Shown here: positions 34,146 to 45,670 of the stretch, one piece after another
Layout of the letters: each line of letters opens with the position of its first letter
Numbering within the stretch: the stretch's first letter is position 1
Made by a program: the position numbers and the translations under genes
Origin: Entomortierella parvispora E1425
Lineage: Eukaryota; Fungi; Mortierellomycota
DNA length: 64,000 nucleotides
Direction of reading: 5' to 3'
Assembly (NCBI GenBank): GCA_020891255.1
Contig: BQFW01000003.1
Coordinates: 1,302,001-1,366,000 of the forward strand
Notes under the pieces: generated by a model
Databases searched by the model: none
Told to the model about the DNA's origin: nothing
What the model saw: the letters and a program-made list of their open reading frames with translations, nothing else

Positions 34146-37100
34146 CTAGACCTCGACCTCCTCAGGCTGGACCTCACGGGCAAGTTCCCGGCCCTGGCCA
34201 GGTGCCTCAACAACGTCCTCCCCAGCCTGCGTCACCAGGACCGTCTGTTCAGTTGGACATGCCTCCTATGGAAGCCTATGGTGGTGCCGATCCGTCCAGT
34301 CAGCGCCAACAGTTTTCAAAGTCTACACCTGCACTGGCCCAACAACAACGCCCTCCTGGAGCTCGACCAATTCTTGATCAGATGCGCCAGCAGGGATCCC
34401 AACCTGGACAAGGCCAGGTCCCTCCTCCTCAGGCACAGGCTCCGCTGCAGAGACAAGCTCAGAAAGCACCGATCGCCGGCCCCACCAATCCACCCGACGC
34501 GTCGTCTCCACAACGTCGTCCCTCAAAAGATGCTGAACATCCCCAGAGTGGTCCTGCAAGCCCCCCACGCGCCAACGTCAACAATGGAAAACCCGCAGGA
34601 GCTCATCAGGACCAGAATGGCGGTCGTATCCAAGGACATGTCTCGCCTCAATCGCAAACACCCAACCAAACGCAGCAACGACCTCCTAATCCTCAGTACC
34701 AGCCTTCAGGACCGGGACAGCGTCAACCTCAAGGACCACCAGGTGGACAATATCGTCCCCTGATTGCTCCTGGGTCCCCTGGACAGAGGCCCTTGGGTTC
34801 AGTTGAGGTCAAGGTGCCTGGACCTGCCACCAACATGGGCGCACGACCTCCACCTTCTGCACCACTCAGACAGGCCCCTCAAATGCAAGCAAACCAAATT
34901 CAACCGCAGGAGTCTGCCCACGAGCAATCTTTTTCTACTACCTCAAATCCTTTCACAGAGCCTGAGGCACCTCCTTCGGATTCAGATAGCGAAATGCAGG
35001 ATGAAGACGATATTGAGGGAGGAGTTTCCATGATGGGGTCCTCAAAGACGAGCTCAGGAAAGACCAGCCCAGGAAAGACAGCCCCTGCTACTGCATCGCC
35101 TGAGCAGCCTGCCGCTACTCAGCCCCCCCCACCACCAAAGAGCCTGGCTGCTGGTGGTCCACCTGCCGGCCCACCAAGAGGCCCGCCTAAAGGCGATGGA
35201 GCAGCTTCCAGGAAACTGTCGACCTCCACTGGATCAGGGCCTGCACGGATCATTCCTCCATCCAACAATCCCTCATCACCTCCTGCAAGTGCTTTCCCTC
35301 CAGCAGGTCAACCCAGACCTCGCGTGAGACCCCCACCTGGCAATCAGACATTTACACCCTACAAGCCTCCAGAGAGACCCTCACAGGCACCAGTGATGTA
35401 CGGCCAATCTGGACAGCCTACTTTCTCGCAGCCCTTCCCCCAGAAGGAGGGATCTCCCTCTGACTCACCTGCTGGAGCCACATCGAAGGTTCCCGCTGGC
35501 ATGGACGCTGCTTCAAGTAGTTTCCGCCCTCGTGATGGAGGTTTGCAGCGACGCGCTGTGGCTACAGACAGCAATACCTCAAAGCCAAACCCAGCCACAC
35601 CTCCTGTTCAGGTATATATTTCCGTGATTCTCAGGAATAATTGCCGTAATTTCCCTGCTAGAGAAGACGCTAACAGAAGCATATTGCTGATTACTAGTCA
35701 CCACCATCGCCAAAGCTCCATGGACAAAAAGGACCGGCCATTTTGAGTCTCTCGAACCAAAGGGTAAAACTTGTGCCCTTTAAACTCTTTTGAGCAAGAA
35801 TGTCGATCATCCTTACTTACCATTTATTTGAACATCATTCATCATTGATACAATGTAGAGCTCCTCTTCTTCGACAACAAAAACCTTGAAGACCTGGATG
35901 ATTCGTGGAGGAATTGCCTATCTCGGATACACTGCTTTGTTCAATTGCCCATCTGATGCCACAGGTGTCAGGGGACTGTACTGTAAAGCGACGAACGGAG
36001 CTGGCGGCTTGGTCAAGCCGTACGTGGCTCCTCACTACAACGCCCACTTGGGTCCTCACGTGGATCGATATGTTAAGCCAGTTGTTCGTCAGGGACATCG
36101 CGTGTATATGAAGGTTGCGGACCCTGTTGTCCAAGGCGCCTTTTCTGTTGCAGGAAGCGTTTACAAATCGACAGCCAAGAAGCATGTCGACTCTGCAAAA
36201 GACCAGGTGGGTTTCCGTTATTTATTCTTCGTTCTTTTCGTGTAGAGACTCAAATCGATTCATGGTGACTGACTCTGAGTATATCTGGTGTCCATTTAGG
36301 TCATTTCTATCCTGCCTTACCCTTTCAAGTCTAAGCCCGAGTCGACCCAGCCAAAGGATTCTCACCAGGATACCCATCGTGAACAATTGCAGGATAACCT
36401 TCATGAGTCAGAGAAGCCGACCGAGGCCCCTGTCAAGGTTGTGGGGGCACAGCCTGAGCAAGAGGCGGAGCCAGAACAAGAAACCGCACCTGCCCACGAA
36501 GAACATGACGCCTCCCACGATCATCATTCTGTCCCGCACATTTCAAGACAGCCCATCCATGTGGAGGATTCTGCGCAGCACTTGCAGGAGCAGGAGACAA
36601 AGGAACACAGCGTCGTGGACAAGATTGTAGAGTCTGTCGAAGCAGTGGTGGAGAGCATCGCTGAAAAGGTGGACGAGGTCGTGCATCATCACGGAGAGGA
36701 AACAGCCGAACCAGAGAGTTCTTTTCAGGAGCAGCATGTCGCATCAGTCGAGCAACACGAGCCTCTGGTGAGCGAGCACTTGGAGAAGGCCTCTCATCCT
36801 GAAGTTGATGTCCATGAGACCGTAGAGACCCCTGAAGTCAAGCACCAGGAGGAGGGTACTATGGCTCATGACGAGAATGGCATCGATGGCCATGACGAAA
36901 CCATTGTGGAGACACATCTTGTAGACGATAAAAAGATTGATATCTTGGATCGGATCGCCGCCTTCAAGAGCTCGATGAGAAGGGCTGACTTTGAAGAGAA
37001 GACAGAGGAGGCACAGGTACAGGAGGACACTATTGCTCAGCAAGAAGAGGACAAAGAGGAGCCAATCTCTGCTCCACTGGAGGCGGAGCCTGTTCCTGCT

Positions 37101-37583
37101 GTCGAGTCTGTTCCTGAGTCCACAGCACCTGAGCACCAGGATCAATCGTCTTTCATCGCAGAGGAGGTCCTCCCTGTGGAGGAGGAACAGAAGCAGGAGG
37201 ATGCTACTATCACTGCCACGGAAGCAATTGGTGAAGCATCTGCTCCAGTAGAGGAGACTGATGAATCCACACCCCAGGTCGCGGATCTGCCCACAGAGAC
37301 CGCGTCTGCCCCTGTGGACTCTAGCGTCGAGTCCAGTACCACAGACAGCGAGGAGGCCAAGACGGTAGAGGAGACAGTCGCTGGCACTGTCGAGGAGCAC
37401 AAGATTTCTGAAGAGTCTTTGGAGTCAGCTAATGAAAAGAACAGCCAGCAAGAGGCGGGAGCAGAGACCACTGAGACAGCAGAGGAAGAATACACTGAGG
37501 AGCAGGCGACTCTTGAGCAGCAGGCTGCTCCAGTTTCGGAAGCGGATCACGAAGAAGCGCCCAAGTCGCACGATGAGCTCTAA
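33137..37583 (+). CDS. Uncharacterised 1390-aa protein: Q/P-rich disordered N-terminus, candidate transmembrane segment, She10-like CP..C / Y-P repeat region, acidic tail, C-terminal HDEL; exons 33137-35611, 35698-35763, 35859-36206, 36300-37583
   Basis: All four exons join in phase 0 through GT-AG introns. WMIRGGIAYLGYTALFNCPS..LYC..VKPYVAPHYNAHLGPHVDRYVKP; the protein ends KSHDEL*. Confidence 0.78.
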
Positions 37584-37864
37584 GGACAGAGATGTGGCGG
37601 CAGACCAACCAACCAACCTACCCCCCCCCCCCCTCCTCCTGCAAACTTATCAACACTATCTCTACCTCTATTACCACAGATCAACGACATGCAACTACTA
37701 AAGGACACGATAGAATCATGTTTTTTTCATGTTTTGTTTTTTATGTGAGAAAAAAATGCTGGGGAGGGGGGAGAGTGGTGGTTCAACAAGTGTGAAGGTC
37801 CTTTAGCGATGAGAAAAGGAGAAAGGAGGAAGAGTCGGTGCGTGAAGGGGAAATGGAAAGGAGA

Positions 37865-39046
37865 TCAGTTGAACTGATGTTGGTTTTGGTACCGGATCGC
37901 GCATTCCTCCAGAAACTCTGGTTGTTTCTGGTAATGGTACTTCATCTGGTTATCCGAGTACCGCCACTTTTGCCAGTCGGGCCGATCCCGTGTGAGACTA
38001 TGGCGGAAGGCGACCCATTCATGCCAATCCTTTGCATCCCAGCCCTTGGTCAACAAGGCATTCTTGGTCCTCTCCAAGGCCGCGTTCTGTTGCTCGATCT
38101 GCTCCTTGTTCAACCGCTCGAACGCAGGGTTGTCCTCGATCGGTTTTGAGTCTTTTGAATACGTGCCCGTCTGGTTCTGATCCGTGATCAACAGCAGTTC
38201 ATTGTCCGAGATGTCATAGGGCAGATCTACCATGACAATGGCGCGCATACCGAACCAAGGGCCGTAGACGGGATGGACGTTCAAGAACGCAATGGGGTTG
38301 AAATAAGCAAAGCCGGCCGCATGGGCCACATGTTGGATCGGTAACGTCTGAGCAGGCGGGGCCACAAAGCCTGTGGGGGCTGAGCCCTCTGGAGGCGTGC
38401 CAGCGGGGGGCACGGTGATCCTCCAATGTGAAAACGCGACGGAAAAGGCGGTGGTGAGATTCTGGGTTTCATCATAGAGCCCGGCGGCCTTGAGGGCCTG
38501 CAGGGTGACTCTGGGGATCAAACGTTCACAGTAATGATCCATGGGATCCTTGTGTTCAGCTTCAGTGTCGAATCTAGAAGGGTGATGTTGAGCCAGGAAG
38601 GTCTCCCAGAAGGCTCTATTGCTTCCGACAATGACAGAGAGCGTCGAGGTCTGGTTGAAGGTAGGCATGGGATTGGCTTGGCCCAGAGCAGTGGCATTGT
38701 AGCTGTGTATTGTGAGATGATGATGGTGGCCGTGGATGTTTGTTTTGTTTGTTGTCGGTTATTTTGTGTTTGTATGATCGAAGGAAAGTGGGAGAAGGGA
38801 GTGAGAATCGATTTTTTTGTATTTTTGGAAGGGTGCGTGGAGAAGGGGGAAAAGAAGAGAGGGAGCAAATTGTCAGTACTTTCTTGCCAAGGAAGGATGA
38901 TTCTTGTTCCATATCAATATCAGGCTCTTTTACCTCTGGGCAGCAAAGGGATGCACAATGTCAAGGCCCAACTGACCGAGCGATGTCCGTAGGGAGGTAA
39001 TGAAGATGCGCTTCTGCTCTGCCGAGGGGGCCATGGGGACGGTCAT
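37865..39046 (-). CDS. MMACHC: MMACHC/CblC-like cobalamin-processing protein (cyanocobalamin reductase / alkylcobalamin dealkylase); exons 39046-38934, 38702-37865; 316 aa
   Basis: GLDIVHPFAAQSYN (cf. GFEV-PF-V-WYN), DPMD, IQHVAHAAGFAYF (cf. QTAAHVAGAAYY), VHPVYGPWFGMRAIV (cf. IHP-FGGWFAIRGV), W-EW-FR..RYSDNQMKYH (cf. RYSEEQKAYF). Confidence 0.82.
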
Positions 39047-41165
39047 GTTTATGATCCGATGAGTACAAAGGAGGATGTGACGAAGGGAGAGCGTTGAATG
39101 GATCAATGGATGGGTTAGGCAAAGTAATGAGAGCGAATGTCAAGGCGGGGTGTGGAAGGAAGAAAGAAGAAGAGATGAAGTGTGTGGAGAGGGAATGGGG
39201 CGAAGTAAAGAAAAGAGGAGAAAAGTAAGGAGTTGTGTGGAGGGATATTCGACAGAAGAGAAAAGAAACGTGGCTTTGTGGGCCGCACAGCGCTCAATTG
39301 ACCGTTGGAGAGGCAAGACCTCTCCGCAATGGTCGATTGCTTTTTTTCTTCTTTCTTGCGTGCTCGATTGTTCGGCTTCCCTTTTGTTCCCCCCTTCCCA
39401 ACCTCCGCCTCACCCAGGCGCAGCTCCAGCCTCTGGCACGGAGAGTGGACAGGGAACAGCGTCTATTGAAGTAAAATCCAGAACGACGAGGAGAGACCGA
39501 TCCATCCGGAGTCGGAGTAACCCCTAAAGTGGCCACTTCAGTCCCAGCGCGACCTTCCTGAGTTCTTTTGATGTAGCTCCTTCGTTCAGGTGCAGAGGTT
39601 AAGGCGGAGTAGGCAGTGGGTGGTGCCTGAGAAAAAAGAATGGGCCAGGATAGAGCAAAAAGGGACCTGAATCATGTTCCTGATTCACTTTTTTTTTGAA
39701 AGCCAATCCTAAGTGGTCTATTCATTCTGCTCCACCTTTTGCAGAGGTATTCACCCACTTTTTTCCTCCTCCTTTGAAACTTTCGCGTTCACAGTGGGAA
39801 AGACAAGCAGAAGAGATAAGACGAACAGTTGGAACAGACCGTTCGAAGACAACGTCTATGGGCCGGCGAGACCGATATTGGACCCTCTGCCTTCCCTCAC
39901 CTGTTCACTCTCTCACGTTGCAAGCAGGTGAGAGAGTAAAGAGGTGCACAAAAATGAGCCACATGGTCTAGACTTTTGGGCTTGGACAAAAGGGATCGCT
40001 TATCACTGGTTGGCTTCAAGAGAGCAGAGAAAAAGATGCGGATTACAAATGCGAGCGTTGTCGATCAATGCAGCGAACTCAGGGGGTGGGGGTCGGACAG
40101 ACAGGGGCAGACAGGGACCACCCGACCAAAAAATGACGATTGTGCGGAAAGCCACGTTTTTTTTGAAGTACCTTAATTCAGTTGAGTTGTCGGAGAGAAT
40201 AAGTCGTAAAAGCCCCGAGAACAACCTTCTTTCCTTTTCCTTCCTTTTTTTGCTCGGCCAGACTTTTACTGTTTTACATACTAAAAGTCTTTTCTTAGAC
40301 TCAAAAGCAAGGGTCCTGGCACCTTGTTCTCGGGAAATAAAGGACAACAACAACATGAAAAAAAAAAGTTTTGGTAGGGTTGCTGAAGGGTCAAGAACCG
40401 ATCGAGAAAAAAAAACAGAATAAAGACTAAACTCCTTTCCTCTTTGCTTCTCTAGCCCGTTCCTGTACGTCCAGCTGTATCTTTTGACTTGAAATTCAAC
40501 TTTCGGAACAAAAAACCAGGCAACGGAAAAAAAAAGAATATGTCATGGACCCCCAAACAATGATGCAGAGTTACCTGACTCTGAGTCTCGCTTCCTGTTC
40601 AACACAACGATCTAGGCCTAGAATTTGGATCTTTCTGAGGATCTCTTGGGACTGGCCGAGAAGATGGGCCGTTCTTGAACTCATCTCGCTAGATTCAGAT
40701 AGTTGTTTTCTTGGCTGGCACTCTCAGTTTCTTTCCAATCTTCAGCAAGGACCCTTATCAACCTTACCAAGACCACACTCCAGATTCTTTCTCCAAAACA
40801 GATTCTGAAAACCAAAAGAGGCATAGCCGCCACTAGCGATATTCTTCTGCCCCTTCCTCCCTTAGCCCAATAGACACAGCAAAGATAGAGAGATAGGGGT
40901 AGAAACCCAGCTTAGATCTTGGAAATGAATGATGGAATAGGGCCTTCACTTGGTCTCCTTTTCATCTCTTGTCTTCCTCAAGGAGTCTTGTAGGATCAGG
41001 AACGATTTTTTGTGGCACTCTCAACCTATGCCAACGCCACCAATTATTTAAATTGTGGCTTGGCATATTCTGTTTACTCTCCCTTTTTTTCTTTTTTTCC
41101 ATGCATTCCTTGACCATCTAACCCCCCCCTCCATCATACCCGCATCCCTACAAAACATTCACAGC

Positions 41166-42026
41166 ATGGGCGAACACAAAGGAAAGAAGCGTACCGCCGA
41201 AGGTAAGATAAAATTTAAATATAAAAACTTGCCTCCCTCAAATAATTTACCTGGGTCAAGGTTCTAAACGCGCCTCACCCTTTTCTTTCTATCCTTGCTC
41301 GTGAATATAGAAATGGAAGAGGTGCCAGTAGCGGTCGTTGTCAAGGACAAGAAGGAGAAGAAGGAAAAGAAGGAGAAGAAGGACAAAAAGGAGAAGAAGG
41401 CTGACAAGGATACCAAGGACACAAAGGGCGACGCCAAGAAGGAAAAGAAGGAGAAAAAGGAAAAGAAGGAATCCAAGGAGGATGCGCCTTCAGTAGACAA
41501 GAAGGAGAAGAAGGAGAAGAAGGAAAAGAAGGAAAAGAAGGACAAGGAAGAGAAGACCGACAAGAAGGAAAAGAAGGACAAGAAGGATAAAGAGGACAAG
41601 AAGGAGAAGAAGGAGAAGAAGGAAAAAAAGGAGAAAAAGGAAAAAAGCAAGAAGGAATCTACACCGGAACCAGTATCGGCACCAGCACCAGCACCTGTGG
41701 TTAACAAGCCCTGGAACGATTGGCAAAAAGCAGATCTGGGAAGTGAACAACAAAACAACAAGTTTTTGCGTCTCCTCGGCGCCAAGAAGGGTCATATCGC
41801 CGCCCCTGACGCATCATCAACAGGAGCTCCAGCAGCCAAGAAGGGTCTCTTTGGATCCTTGGGCTCCCTTCCTTCAACAAACAGCTACACAAACGATGAT
41901 TCTGTCTTGGATGAGATGCAGGGTCGCAAGGTGACAAGGGACCTGGAGAAGCAATTCAAGGATGGTCTCAAGATCAAGCAGCAGATGAAGAAGGGCAGAA
42001 GTGTCGGCTTGGGATTCGGATATTAG
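41166..42026 (+). CDS. Lys/Glu/Asp-rich putative nucleolar protein with C-terminal SMAP (small acidic protein-like) domain; exons 41166-41202, 41311-42026
   Basis: KKEKKEKKDK repeats, then WNDWQKADLGSEQQNNKFLRLLGAKK..LEKQF..GLGF, typical of SMAP/KNOP1-like proteins. Confidence 0.82.
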
Positions 42027-42630
42027 ATATGACATTGCGTTCATGACCGCCACAATAAATGGATCAAGACACACATGTCCATCTTACTTTGAACTGTATT
42101 CGGAGGTATTGGGGTGGAAGATTGCTCGATATGACTTTATGGATGGCCGAACAACCCTGACAGTGATTTAACGGGCGAGTTTACGATATTCGTGAACATC
42201 GGTTGCACCGGTCGTCAATTCCGCTCTTCCAAAGACGGAACAGCTGCTGCAAGTCCTGCAGGTGTAAGTCTATCGCCGCATGAGGGATAGATCATTTTCA
42301 ACCTGATGGCAGAAGAAGGCAAGGCGACTTGGGGGTAGTCAATGTGTTTTAAGCGCCCTGTTGGCTGATAATAGAAAAAAAAAGGTCCAAACATAGGATT
42401 CAATTTCAACATGGTCGCCAATTGGGTTCAAGCTTTTTTATACCAGTATTCTATGAAAAACGTCTATGTCTATGCCGGTTATTCTTGCACTGTTGTTACA
42501 GGAGTATATCGCTGTCTTCATCATTGAGACAAGAGAAAGAAAGAAAAAGAGATGAGGACAACGTAACAAAGAGATAAAAAGAAAGAAATAACAAAAGAAA
42601 AGGATGATATGAACTACAAACGGTAGTCAA

Positions 42631-44182
42631 TTAAATGTCCTCCACAATTTTGATAGGGGCCACTCCCTCGTAGCAAATCCTGTAGATGGTCGTCATGAGA
42701 GGGAACTCGTGGCAGAGACCCTTCTTGGAAAGGATGTTGTACATGTCCTTTGCTGTAGAAGTTCCCTGAAGCTTCTGGCCGTTCAACATTTCCTGCTCCA
42801 GCTGATCGAAGGACTTGCCCGTCGTGACGTGGGCCTCGGCGACCTTGCGGTTACGTCCTCCAGCACAAGTCGTGATCAGATCCGCAACACCACAGGACTC
42901 GAAAAAGGTCTCGTCCTTGACATCCTTGTAAAACATTTGAGAAAACTTGCGCATCTCGTACAATCCAATGCGAATGATGGCAGCCTTGGTGTTATCGCCA
43001 AGCCTAGAGAGGGAGGGGATTGTGATTAGACATTTGATCTCTCATGCAACAAGAACTTTGAAAGGGGAAAAATACATACTTAAGTCCATCGACCAATCCA
43101 CCACCAATAGCAACAATGTTCTTCAAGGCACCGCACAGCTCAACACCGACGACATCCTCGACAATGTTGACTCGGAAGGTGGGTGTATGGAAGATCTCTC
43201 GGAAAAGCTCTCCGTCCGACTTGTTTCTATAACCAATGGTTGTCTCGCAAAACTTTTCCTCGGCAACCTCGTTGGCAATGTTGGCACCGCTCAGAACACA
43301 AGCACGAATGCCCAGAGAGTCCTGGATCATATCAGTGATCAGTCTGAAGCCATCCTCGTTGACGTCGATACCCTTGATGAGGGAGATGGCTTTGCAGTTG
43401 GCAGGGATCCGTCCCCTGAGCTGCTTGCAAATGCTTGTGACAAACTGAGATTCAAAAAAGGATGGGGAAGGTAGTGATCAGTAAAACGAAATCGCAGCAA
43501 ATTGGGAGAAAAGAGCTAGAGCTGGATATCATCTCTACCTGATGGGGCACCACAAAGACGAGCATGGTAGCGTCTCTGCAGGTCTCAATCAGATCAGGGC
43601 AGGCGACAATGTTCTCGGGTAACCGGATTCCTGGGAGGTATCTAAATAGGAGCAAAATAAAAAACGATTGAGTTCGTTAGAGCCAAGCTCGTGTCAATCA
43701 AAAGCCGTGCGGTGGGGGTGGTTGAGCTCTCGATCCATGTCTGATCCAGATTAAGGTAACTGAGCTCCTGAAAGGAGCAAGAGGACATCGTTGGGGATGC
43801 AGTCTGCTCGCATGCGAGCCCCAGGGGAAATATTGTCATGAATCGTCCGTGCCATTTTTGACTTACTTGACGTTCTCGTGTTTGGTGTTGATGATCTCGG
43901 TGAGGTTCTGTCCATTGATCTTCTCCTCAAAGACCCACATCTTGACGGTCTTGTCAAAGTGGCTGAACTTTGGAACGTTGGCTCCGATGATCTTGGCAAC
44001 GGCGGAACCCCTGCAGGATCGAGCGTGACACAAACGAATCAAGAAAGAAAGAGTTAGGGCAGCTGGACAGGACTCGGGTGAAAAGAGGACTAAAGAGAGA
44101 TGTCCCGACTCCCCATCTGTGCGTGATTCAAACTTTGGTGTTACCAGTTGCCAGATCCGATGAGGGCGACTTTTTCAGACAT
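42631..44182 (-). CDS. GPD1: NAD-dependent glycerol-3-phosphate dehydrogenase, multi-exon
   Basis: [13 protein letters not shown]|[89 protein letters not shown]. Confidence 0.96.
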
Positions 44183-44788
44183 GAGGTGAATGTAGTGTTA
44201 GGTGAAAGGGAGAGAAAGGAGATTGTGGGGATGGGGAAAGGGAGTAAGGGGAGAGAAAAGAGATGAAAAGAAGGATTGGGAAGAGTGAGGAATGAATGAA
44301 CGAATGAACGAACGAACGAATGAAATGGGTGAACGAGTTGAATGAATGAGCGAACAAAAAGAAGAAAGAAGCCCTTTATAACAAAAGACAGGAGAAGGAA
44401 AGGGAAAGGATCGCCCACTCCGGCCTTGCCCATGTGTCCGTCCATCCATCGGTCTGTCTGTCAAACAATCGAAATAGAACCTCGTCCTCTCTCTCTCTCC
44501 ATATGATCTTATCTCCAGATTTCGATCGAGGATCGCAGACATGTGCCATTGTTTCTCTGTCCTCCCTTTCGTCTCTCCTGTCTGCATTGCACCGCCTGCA
44601 GGGGCCACTTGTCGTTATTCGTTCCGCACCGTCAGTCTGAGGTCCACGCTCACGCTCTCTGATCCACCCCGTCGGAGGATGGTGCGATCCTCTTTTTTCC
44701 TCTTTTTTTCTTTTTCTTCTTTTCTCCCCTTCTCACTCACGTCCAACTCTTCTCCGCACGGCAAAATTCCCAACCGCGCTATTTGTAT

Positions 44789-44946
44789 TTTATCGCTTTT
44801 ATCGCCTTTATCACTCGTCTTGTCTTTCAGGCCCAGCCCGAGCATGCCTCTTCTATTCTTCCACCCCTTCCGCAGAGACATGTTTTTTGTCTACCTGTAT
44901 TGCAATAATCACGCCCAACGCTGCTCTGCTCTGCTCATTTATCGCC
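44789..44946. promoter_or_regulatory. Cluster of four GATA (HGATAR) motifs upstream of GPD1
   Basis: Tandem 9-mers tttatcgct/tttatcgcc/tttatcact at 44789-44815 and a fourth tttatcgcc at 44938-44946, which read CGATAA/TGATAA on the minus strand. Confidence 0.4.
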
Positions 44947-45670
44947 TATTTTCGCATTTTTTTTTTTGTGGCCTCATCTCATCCCCACGATCAGCTGCTG
45001 GGCGCTTTGAACCCACAGGGCAGCCGGACGGAACAGACAAAAACAGACATTAGCAAGAACTTTACAGACAGAAAAATAAACAAAACCCGACCGTTGCGTG
45101 CTCGTGCTCGTGCTCAGCAATTCGTCTTCCAAATCATAATTTCCTCTCCCTTTGGCTGTCTCTCCGTCTATCCGCACTCGACCTTTCCCCGCCGAAAAAA
45201 AAGGCGCCTTGGCCATGGCCAATGTTTTGTTAATATATATTACCCGCTTGCCCCGTGCTTGGCCTCTCGGACCGAGAATTCTGCTGGAATGCTTGTGTCC
45301 ATGACCTGTGATCGAAGGAACCGAGGTCGAGCGCTTATTTGGACTCGGACCCTAGGAGTACACGTTCACTATCGGATCACTAAGGCCGACCCTGCGAGCT
45401 TCATTTTAACACCTTCTTGGCTTCTTGGCACTTGATCTCCTGTCGCTTAAGGAGAGATGCCAAGCTGTAACTCTTCTGGCGGCCCATACAAGGAAGACGT
45501 GTGTCCCGAATGACGTTCAAAGAGCTTTACAATGGACGCCCAAAAAGTAGCATTTTTTTACACTCAGTATCCGGTACACTTCACCAGCAGATTAAGCCCC
45601 AAAACAGCTGGTTTGAAAGCAGGAACTGGTAAAGTATTGTTATTTATTTGGAACTTGGAGACATCGCTTC

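Noticed and set aside
42060-42430. Short protein-like frames downstream of the SMAP gene
   Set aside because: Interrupted by stops in every plus-strand frame I read, and no recognisable family in those or in the 68-aa minus-strand ORF.
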